A DNA stretch of 64,000 nucleotides, taken from the IMG/VR virus record IMGVR_UViG_3300045996_001458, positions 1 through 64,000 of that record. One strand, given 5' to 3'. The position numbers and the translations under genes are program-made. Every line of letters starts with the position of its first letter. The first letter of the stretch is position 1. This DNA comes from a virus. Positions 1-6,570 of this stretch are shown piece after piece. Under the pieces are notes generated by a model. It had not been told where the DNA came from and did no database searches. It saw nothing but the letters and a program-made list of their open reading frames with translations.

Positions 1-37
1 GCGGGGAGGCAAATGGGTGCCCCACCGGGGACTCCCC

Positions 38-349
38 CTACCCGTCGGTAGGTTCGGGGTTGATCGACTCGTCTGTGCCCACCCGGAGCACCGTCACCCC
101 TCCCGATCGGGCAGAGGCGAGGAGCGCGGGCCAGCTCTCGGCGAACAGGTGGCCGCAGCGGACGTACACCCATGTGTCGGCGGTGGACTGCTCGAACTCC
201 CATCCGCCGTACTTGCCACCGTTGACCCGGACCCGGGAACCGAAGGGTGGCTGGACCGGCATCACCAACCCGTCGCCAACCTGTACCCCGCCGCGTGTGC
301 TCCACTCGGCGAGGTAGTCGAGGACGGTGTGTGGTGGACGTGTCATCAC
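38..349 (-). CDS. hypothetical phage protein
   Basis: Start overlaps upstream stop, GGAGG RBS. Confidence 0.6.
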   Translation of the reverse strand: MMTRPPHTVLDYLAEWSTRGGVQVGDGLVMPVQPPFGSRVRVNGGKYGGWEFEQSTADTWVYVRCGHLFAESWPALLASARSGGVTVLRVGTDESINPEPTDG

Positions 350-606
350 CCCTCCTCGCCATCGCCACGGTCGAGCCTTGCCTGCGCCCTGTCGATGCGG
401 GCTCGGGCCTCGTCGAACATCCCGCGCACCACATAGGTCGGGAGGTCGTCGTCGGACACCACGGCTCGCACTTCGCCTCCGCCAGAGGTTCGGGTGGCGG
501 CGAGAACTACCCAGTTGGTGACGACCTCGCCCGATCCGGTCAGGTGTTCCAGGTGGGCGCGGATGGCGGTATCGAGGTCGGCGTGGGTGGAGCGCTGGTC
601 AGCCAT
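346..606 (-). CDS. hypothetical phage protein
   Basis: Coupled ORF in leftward operon (MADQRSTH...). Confidence 0.65.
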   Translation of the reverse strand: MADQRSTHADLDTAIRAHLEHLTGSGEVVTNWVVLAATRTSGGGEVRAVVSDDDLPTYVVRGMFDEARARIDRAQARLDRGDGEEG

Positions 607-1033
607 GCCCACCGCCCTTGGCGTGCCACTGCTGTTCGAACGAGGCGTAGATCTCCCCGTAGATGTACGCGAAGTCTTCCTCGCGGATGCCGACGTCCTT
701 GCCGAGTCGGATGTCCGGCTTGACGTTCATGCGGTAGACGGCGGCGGCTGCGTGCACCAGTTCGTGGGCCACGATCTCCGCGGTGATGTGACCCTCGGCC
801 AGGCGCACCAGGCCTGCGTAGCCGTTGCCCGGCCACACCGGGTTGCCCTCGTCGTCCCTGCCGTAGCAGGTCGGTTGCCAGCACGCCCATGTCTCGGCGT
901 CCACCGCGGGGTCGGCGCTGGCCGGGTTGAGCTTGGTCTTCGCCGCCCGCAGGTCTTCGACCGTGTCGTGGATGCGGACCCAGCACCAGCGACGGGGGCC
1001 GATGCGGTCGGTGGAGATGGTGAAGCTACGCAT
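599..1033 (-). CDS. hypothetical protein with HExxH metalloprotease-like motif
   Basis: IVAHELVH...EEDFAY. Confidence 0.6.
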   Translation of the reverse strand: MRSFTISTDRIGPRRWCWVRIHDTVEDLRAAKTKLNPASADPAVDAETWACWQPTCYGRDDEGNPVWPGNGYAGLVRLAEGHITAEIVAHELVHAAAAVYRMNVKPDIRLGKDVGIREEDFAYIYGEIYASFEQQWHAKGGGHG

Positions 1034-1319
1034 CGCCGGACATCGGGACGACGGGGCCATCACGGAAGCAGTCGATGGCGTGCCTCAACTCCGGGCCGGG
1101 CTCGCCGTTGAAGACCCACCGACGCGGGTACACCAGGTATGCGAGCACCGTCTGCCTGTCCTTGAGGACCTGCTCCGCTTCGGCCAGTCGCTCTGCCTCG
1201 GTCATCTGGTTCCAGAGGTGGATGTACCGGCCGGGAGTGAGGTGGGTGCCGGGCTCTGTCGGTGTCGGGTCTGCGCCTGCGGTGAGGCGGGCGATAGCCT
1301 CTTCGGGCGTCTGGGTCAT
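1026..1319 (-). CDS. hypothetical phage protein
   Basis: RBS GGAG, operon context. Confidence 0.6.
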   Translation of the reverse strand: MTQTPEEAIARLTAGADPTPTEPGTHLTPGRYIHLWNQMTEAERLAEAEQVLKDRQTVLAYLVYPRRWVFNGEPGPELRHAIDCFRDGPVVPMSGDA

Positions 1320-1335
1320 GGCGGTGACTCCACGG

Positions 1336-1581
1336 CTAGAGGGTCAGACGATGGGCGGCGAGGATGGCCTGTGCCGCGTTCCAGGCTGCGACGACGTCCC
1401 TGCCGAGCAGGTGCTTCCATCCCTGCCCGATGGCGCGGGCCTCGGCAGCTCGGAGCCAGAGGGAGATGGGTTCGCGGAGCGCTGCGGGCTGGACGAGGTC
1501 GAGGTGAGCGACGGCCTCGTGCAGGTCGGCGAGGAACGCCTGGACGGTGACGCCGTCGAGTTGGTGGTCCATCCCAGTCAT
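1336..1581 (-). CDS. hypothetical phage protein
   Basis: GGAGG RBS, TGATG coupling. Confidence 0.6.
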   Translation of the reverse strand: MTGMDHQLDGVTVQAFLADLHEAVAHLDLVQPAALREPISLWLRAAEARAIGQGWKHLLGRDVVAAWNAAQAILAAHRLTL

Positions 1582-1769
1582 CACCACCTCCGGTGTGCGG
1601 CGAAGGTGTGGGAGCCGAACGCCACGTAGACGCCGGACCTGACGTCGGGCGCGGGCGTGTAGGTCAGTCCCGGCTTCGGGCGGGAGACCAGCACCGGGCC
1701 TACCGCGAACCACGGCCGGTCGTAGGAGGTGTCGCGGTAGTGGGTGAAGTAGCGGCGGAGGTTCGTCAC
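1581..1769 (-). CDS. hypothetical phage protein
   Basis: GTGA overlap with upstream gene. Confidence 0.5.
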   Translation of the reverse strand: MTNLRRYFTHYRDTSYDRPWFAVGPVLVSRPKPGLTYTPAPDVRSGVYVAFGSHTFAAHRRW

Positions 1770-1933
1770 GGCTGCGGCTCCACAAGGAGGACGACGGCGA
1801 GGAAGGCGAGCGAGGCGGCGAACCACCGGTTCGCACCGGCTTGGTCCCCGTGGTGCCGGTCGATGAGTGCCATGGCGATGCTGACGACTTGACCGGCGAA
1901 CGCCATGGCTTCGAGCCATCCGACCGGGCTCAC
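1766..1933 (-). CDS. small membrane protein
   Basis: Two hydrophobic segments; GTGA overlaps. Confidence 0.5.
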   Translation of the reverse strand: MSPVGWLEAMAFAGQVVSIAMALIDRHHGDQAGANRWFAASLAFLAVVLLVEPQP

Positions 1934-2529
1934 GAAGCCCGCTCCGTCTGCTCGGCGATGGTGGTCCACGTGGGGCAGGGCCACTCGTGGTGGACCTCTC
2001 CGGACTCGCCGTACGGGTCGTCCTCCCAGTAGGTGGGGCAGCCGTGACACTCGGCGTACTGCTTGCCCCCGACTTCGATCGTGTGCGGGCCGTGGGCTTC
2101 GAGCAGAGCCGACACCACACGGTGGTCGCGGTACTCGTCGAATAGTGCGACGTGGCGGGCGATGGAGTGGCCCAGTGCCTGGCGTCGCTCGGCTTCCTGA
2201 CGCGCCGCTTCCCTGCCCCAGCGCTTCCGGTCCTCGGGAGTCGGACCCTCGGCGAGGCGACGCATGATCTCGGCGTGACCCGGACTTGCGAACGGGATGT
2301 ACGACTCGGGCTCGCCCTGATGGCTGTCGCCGATGATGCGCCACGTCTGCGGCGGGACGATGTGTCCGTCCGCTGGCGACCGTGGATCGAGTGACCGCAG
2401 GACGTCCGCAGTGGTCGGGCCGTTCGGGTCGAACATGTGGACCTGCTCGAAGCCGTGCTCGTTCTCCATCTGCCGGGTGAACTGCCGGACGGCTTCGAGG
2501 AACGGCTTCATGCCTTCGGGCTCGGTCAC
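1930..2529 (-). CDS. hypothetical protein (CxxC...WPC C-terminus; tape-measure-like motif)
   Basis: GGAGG RBS; motifs IVPPQTWRIIGD...ESYIP and CHGC...WPCPT. Confidence 0.6.
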   Translation of the reverse strand: MTEPEGMKPFLEAVRQFTRQMENEHGFEQVHMFDPNGPTTADVLRSLDPRSPADGHIVPPQTWRIIGDSHQGEPESYIPFASPGHAEIMRRLAEGPTPEDRKRWGREAARQEAERRQALGHSIARHVALFDEYRDHRVVSALLEAHGPHTIEVGGKQYAECHGCPTYWEDDPYGESGEVHHEWPCPTWTTIAEQTERAS

Positions 2530-2531
2530 GG

Positions 2532-3038
2532 CTACACCTCCACGCCGTAGGCGGAGAAGAGCAGCAGCATCGTGGAGCAGAAGCCCTTGCGTCCGTCCAT
2601 GCAGATGCCGCACTCTCCGGCATCGGTGGTGGCGTGGAGGCGGATCATCTGCCGGTCCGCTTCGCAGCGCCTGATGATCGCAGCCGGGTCGTGTCGGGCG
2701 ATGTGACGCGCTGGCCCCACTTCCTGCCCGGCCTCGTCCACGTGTACCACCCAATGCGGCGACGCACCGGCCACGCGGCCGGGGTAGGGCAACCAGCGGT
2801 ACTCCTCTACCGACGTTAGGTCGACCGCTCCGCCGTCCTCTACATCCTCCCCAAGATACTCGTTGACCGTCATGTCGACGGGCAACATGTACTTGGAGCA
2901 ATGTCGGTAGCCGTGCACCCAGTGCCAGTGCTCGCCGGTTGCCGGGGCGTCGTCGTGGCCGGCGGAGCGAGCGATGCGTTCGGTTTCGTCGATGACTTCG
3001 AGTAGGCGGTCTTCGGCCGCGATGTGCTCGACCATCAC
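2532..3038 (-). CDS. DUF6221-like protein
   Basis: HIARHDPAAIIRRCEADR motif. Confidence 0.7.
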   Translation of the reverse strand: MMVEHIAAEDRLLEVIDETERIARSAGHDDAPATGEHWHWVHGYRHCSKYMLPVDMTVNEYLGEDVEDGGAVDLTSVEEYRWLPYPGRVAGASPHWVVHVDEAGQEVGPARHIARHDPAAIIRRCEADRQMIRLHATTDAGECGICMDGRKGFCSTMLLLFSAYGVEV

Positions 3039-3343
3039 GCCACCCCGTACGCGGTGGCGAGGTCACGGATCACGGACCGCATGACCATCCACGCGTCGGC
3101 GTGAAGGTCGGAGGACTCCGCCGTCAGGCGGTAGGCCGCCACGATCCGGCGGTCGGCGTCGCAGCGGCGCAGAACCGCGTTCGGGTCGTTGTCGGCGAGG
3201 AACGGGAACAGGGTCGCCTTGCCGTTGCGGCGCGGCAGGATGAGTACGGTCCGTGCGGCCTCGGCCTTGGACGCCTTGGCTTCGATCGCCTCGGTCAGGC
3301 GGGCGAGGAGGTCATCAGTGACAGGTGGTGCGTAGGACGGCAT
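3035..3343 (-). CDS. DUF6221-like protein
   Basis: NDPNAVLRRCDADRRIV motif. Confidence 0.7.
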   Translation of the reverse strand: MPSYAPPVTDDLLARLTEAIEAKASKAEAARTVLILPRRNGKATLFPFLADNDPNAVLRRCDADRRIVAAYRLTAESSDLHADAWMVMRSVIRDLATAYGVA

Positions 3344-3367
3344 GGTGGCGGCTCCATGAGGTGAGGG

Positions 3368-3646
3368 TCAGGCGGAGATCGGCGACGTCGAGCGAGTGAC
3401 CGAGACCGGGTCGAACCGGGACGGGAACAAGTACGCGCGGTGTGAAATCAGTTTGGCGTCCGGCCCAAAGTTGCGGATTCTGCGGTTGGCAGCGCGGGTT
3501 CGTCGCCACATGTCGATGCGCCAGAAGCGAGGGAAACGTGGCCGGGTGTAGTTCCGGGATCGGTGGCGTCCGACGTGGAATCGGCGGCGTTGGCAGCGCC
3601 AGTCGGGTATGTAGCCCTGCGGCACAGCGTGGTGGCAGGTGCCCAT
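3368..3646 (-). CDS. Arg-rich hypothetical protein
   Basis: GAGGAGG RBS. Confidence 0.5.
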   Translation of the reverse strand: MGTCHHAVPQGYIPDWRCQRRRFHVGRHRSRNYTRPRFPRFWRIDMWRRTRAANRRIRNFGPDAKLISHRAYLFPSRFDPVSVTRSTSPISA

Positions 3647-3671
3647 TGGTCCTCCTCGGCGGAAGGGGCGA

Positions 3672-3830
3672 TCAGGTGGCGAGCCACGCCTTGAGCAGGC
3701 GGCTCAGCTTCTTGGCGTTGCGTCGCGGTACACGGGCACCGCAGCAGGAGGTGTAGACGTAGAGGCCGTTCGGGGTGAACTCGAACAGGACGGTGTGGTG
3801 GCCGGAGCGGAGTCGGAACCGCTTGGTCAC
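3672..3830 (-). CDS. hypothetical phage protein
   Basis: GTGA overlap with DUF6221 gene. Confidence 0.5.
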   Translation of the reverse strand: MTKRFRLRSGHHTVLFEFTPNGLYVYTSCCGARVPRRNAKKLSRLLKAWLAT

Positions 3831-4195
3831 GGTCGCCACTCCGGGCGATAGCCGGGGCGGTGGCGGTAGGCCAGGGTCAACGCGTCTACGGCAGCACCGA
3901 GTCCACACAGGGTGAGGTAGTCGCCGTCCTCCATCTCGGCGTCGTATGAGTCGAGAATGGCGGTGTGAGCTTCACACTGGGCGAGGACGGCGCGGGGGCT
4001 GTGCAGCTGCCAGTGGCGATCGAGCCCCGTCGGCGGCGGGTACCAACCGGCGTCTTCCAGTTTGCCGGACGGTCGCCACTTCTCCCAGTCGGCGTCGCGG
4101 TGGTCGTCCTCGTCGCCCCACTCGGCACGGGCAGCAAGCGCCGCCTTCTTTGTCTCCGCAATCTGCTCGCGAAGCCAGTTGATCTGATCGAGCAT
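3827..4195 (-). CDS. DUF6221 family protein
   Basis: PRAVLAQCEA and C-terminal LAYRHRPGYRPEWRP. Confidence 0.8.
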   Translation of the reverse strand: MLDQINWLREQIAETKKAALAARAEWGDEDDHRDADWEKWRPSGKLEDAGWYPPPTGLDRHWQLHSPRAVLAQCEAHTAILDSYDAEMEDGDYLTLCGLGAAVDALTLAYRHRPGYRPEWRP

Positions 4196-4235
4196 GGTGT
4201 GACTCCTCGGCGGAAGGGTCGGAGGGAAGATCGTG

Positions 4236-4332
4236 CTCACCGGACAGGATTTGAACCTGCGCTTCCGCCCCTCGGTCGTCCATCTCTGTCCGACCGAGCG
4301 AGTGGCGTCCTGGGCCGCTAAACGACCGGTGA
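4236..4332 (-). ncRNA. tRNA-Glu-like RNA with a 31-nt hairpin-containing insert in place of the anticodon loop
   Basis: Acceptor TCACCGG/CCGGTGA, D arm GTTT-AGCGGCCCA-GGAC, T arm GCAGG-TTCAAAT-CCTGT; anticodon stem CCACT/GGCGG encloses CTCGGTCG/CGACCGAG hairpin. Confidence 0.75.
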
Positions 4333-4336
4333 ACTC

Positions 4337-4609
4337 TTAGGCGTGCACCCTTGTGCGCTGGCGCATCCCGTAGGGGTGATCGCGGGCGAGCGGAGGGTTC
4401 TCAACCTCGACGCAATGGCGACTGTCCACGGCCCACACCGCGCCGCCTTCCAGCCGTACCAGCAACCAGCCCGGTCGTTCGTTGCCGACGACCGTCACCG
4501 GCATGTGGCGGTGCCGCGTCAGGTAGTAGAGGACCCGGCGCCCTTCGGGAAAGGTCTTCGGAGTGCGCAGGTCCGGATGGGTGCAGTTGGCGCACCTGTT
4601 CACGGGCAT
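4337..4609 (-). CDS. hypothetical phage protein
   Basis: AAGGAGG RBS. Confidence 0.6.
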   Translation of the reverse strand: MPVNRCANCTHPDLRTPKTFPEGRRVLYYLTRHRHMPVTVVGNERPGWLLVRLEGGAVWAVDSRHCVEVENPPLARDHPYGMRQRTRVHA

Positions 4610-4625
4610 CGGCGCACCTCCTTCG

Positions 4626-5012
4626 CTACCTCGATGCCGGTTCACTCACATAGGTCGGGGTGACACCGTCAGCGGGCACAACATCTTCGACCAACCAGTA
4701 GGTCTTCCCGCCGTCATGGGACATGGCACGGGAGTGGCGAAGGTTCTGCCACCACGGCGACCCGCTCATCTCCGAGCGATCGATCCACTCGTTGGGGTCG
4801 TCCGTGATCGGCGAGAGGGGTTCGAAGCGGAGTAGGCGTTCGAGGTACGCGATCGCGTACGGGGCGGAGCCGCCGGAGTGTCCGCAGTCGGCGAACGCCT
4901 GGACCACGGCGACGATGCCGTCGATGGTGTCCGGATCTTCGCCGAGGCGCTGGAGTTCGCGTCGGGCGTGGGCGACGAGATTGCTGTCGGTGGACGTGAT
5001 GGCGGCGGTCAT
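4626..5012 (-). CDS. conserved phage hypothetical protein
   Basis: GHSGGSA...LLRFEPLSPITDDPNEW motif. Confidence 0.7.
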   Translation of the reverse strand: MTAAITSTDSNLVAHARRELQRLGEDPDTIDGIVAVVQAFADCGHSGGSAPYAIAYLERLLRFEPLSPITDDPNEWIDRSEMSGSPWWQNLRHSRAMSHDGGKTYWLVEDVVPADGVTPTYVSEPASR

Positions 5013-5365
5013 CGGGCACCTTTCCTGGAGTTACAAGATCGACAAAGAGGCGTGAGCGGTTGCATCGGGTCTCCACCGCGTGCGATGGGCACCGGGTCGT
5101 CGGCGGTCAGCTCGGACGGGAACACCTCGTGCGGCTCGCGGCCGTAGCCCGGACACCAGCCCATCCCGTCGTGCTCTTCGACGTGGGCATCAATCGTCGC
5201 CTTCCGGTGCCGCCGGACCTCGGGTGTCCGTGCCCGGTTGGTGGGTGAGGCGAGGCGACGTGACCGCTCGTGCCGGGCGTGGCACTTCTCGATGCAGTAG
5301 CCGGACGGGGTGGACTTGTTGTTGCAGCCCGGGGTGGAGCACCGCTTCGTGGCCCGCTGAGGCAT
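5009..5365 (-). CDS. HNH endonuclease-like protein (degenerate active site)
   Basis: N-terminal C..PGC...C...H zinc motif; VPIARGG...LCRSCNSRKG. Confidence 0.75.
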   Translation of the reverse strand: MPQRATKRCSTPGCNNKSTPSGYCIEKCHARHERSRRLASPTNRARTPEVRRHRKATIDAHVEEHDGMGWCPGYGREPHEVFPSELTADDPVPIARGGDPMQPLTPLCRSCNSRKGAR

Positions 5366-5369
5366 GGCT

Positions 5370-6263
5370 TCACCGCCGGAGTGCGTAAACCTTCTCGCCG
5401 CCGAGTAGCGGTGCGCCCTCGGGGCCCTTGATGTGGGGGGCGATCCAGACCGGGCGGTGGACTTGACGGGTGGCGTACCACTGCTGACGCCAGTGGCCAC
5501 GGACGATCCACTGGTGGTGGTAGTCGCGGGTCGACTCCGAATCGCCTGCGGACCCAGGGGGCCGACGCAGGGTGATCACTCGAACCTGACGCGGCTCAAC
5601 TCCCTGACGGGCCAGCCTGCGGACGGACGCGCGGTCGTACCGAGCATTGGCCACGCCGCAAAGCGTCTGCCCCATCAGCAGCCATGTCGTCTTCAGCACC
5701 CGGAGGTAGTGCAACTCCTCGTCTCCGAGGTACGCCCCTTCCCCCAGAACGCTGATCCCGCTGTCGACTCGGTCGCGGTCGAGTGGAACGGTCACGGTGT
5801 GGAAGACGCTCAGGCGGGTGAGGATCGAACCCCGATCTTTCCCCACCACATCCGCATACAACGCGCTGTCTGACAGGAGGTGGACCGTGAGAAGCCCTGG
5901 GGATTCTTCGCCCCACACGACCCCACGGACTGCCAGGCCCGTACCGGATGGGGTCGGCATGTCGCGTTCGAAGACAAGCAAGCCGCGCGGCGTCGGGATG
6001 TCCTCGCGAGCGAGATCGAAGTGCGGTAGCCCACTGGCGGCTGCTTCAGCCAAAGAGGCCATGTCGGCGGCGACGAAGTACAGGTCCGCCTCACGGAGAC
6101 TGCGCATCAGGCCGTGCCAGTAGAACATGGCATTTCGTGCCTCAGTGGTGGCTCCGAGCATCGCCTTGACTACCGCCTCCTGCCTTGCTTGTGCTTCGGG
6201 CAGGTCGCCAAGGTGTGCCATCTCGAAGCGGAACGCGGGCAGGTCAACCGGTCTGATCTCCAT
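5370..6263 (-). CDS. conserved phage hypothetical protein (RGHWR-motif C-terminus)
   Basis: HQWIVRGHWRQQWY...VWIAPHIKGPEGAP. Confidence 0.75.
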   Translation of the reverse strand: MEIRPVDLPAFRFEMAHLGDLPEAQARQEAVVKAMLGATTEARNAMFYWHGLMRSLREADLYFVAADMASLAEAAASGLPHFDLAREDIPTPRGLLVFERDMPTPSGTGLAVRGVVWGEESPGLLTVHLLSDSALYADVVGKDRGSILTRLSVFHTVTVPLDRDRVDSGISVLGEGAYLGDEELHYLRVLKTTWLLMGQTLCGVANARYDRASVRRLARQGVEPRQVRVITLRRPPGSAGDSESTRDYHHQWIVRGHWRQQWYATRQVHRPVWIAPHIKGPEGAPLLGGEKVYALRR

Positions 6264-6270
6264 CGGATCT

Positions 6271-6338
6271 CCCATGAGGTGCGGAGACCCCGACACATGG
6301 GTACGCCGGGGTCTCCTGCCTGCGGGAGCTACCCGCAG
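6271..6338 (-). promoter_or_regulatory. leader hairpins / RBS-sequestering pseudoknot
   Basis: 12-bp stem 6283-6316 whose loop CCCATG is complementary to CATGGG overlapping the RBS; second hairpin CCTGCGGG/CCCGCAGG. Confidence 0.5.
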
Positions 6339-6384
6339 GGTGTTTGCTTCCGCGAGTGCGGAAAGTTCGCTGGTGGTACTCGAT

Positions 6385-6564
6385 TCAGACGCCCGAACCG
6401 GCAGGCGTGAGACCCATCAGGTCGCGACGCTCGTCCAGTAGCCGGTCGACGTGTTCGGACCACAGTCCGGCCAGCATGTGCTCGCCGAGCCTGCGGTACT
6501 CACGTCCGGCCAGGTGCGCGGTGATCAGGGCGTCGTCGACCTCGGCCAGAGTCCTCACCGTCAT
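6385..6564 (-). CDS. small hypothetical protein (59 aa)
   Basis: Translated by hand MTVRTLAEVDD...; GAGGGG RBS; below ORF-track cut-off. Confidence 0.55.
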   Translation of the reverse strand: MTVRTLAEVDDALITAHLAGREYRRLGEHMLAGLWSEHVDRLLDERRDLMGLTPAGSGV

Positions 6565-6570
6565 GACCCC

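Noticed and set aside
2295-2303. Self-target of spacer 1A (GGATGTACG); likewise spacer 7B near 1016-1024
   Set aside because: The partner spacer does not match the flanks; single 9-mers are expected by chance in 64 kb
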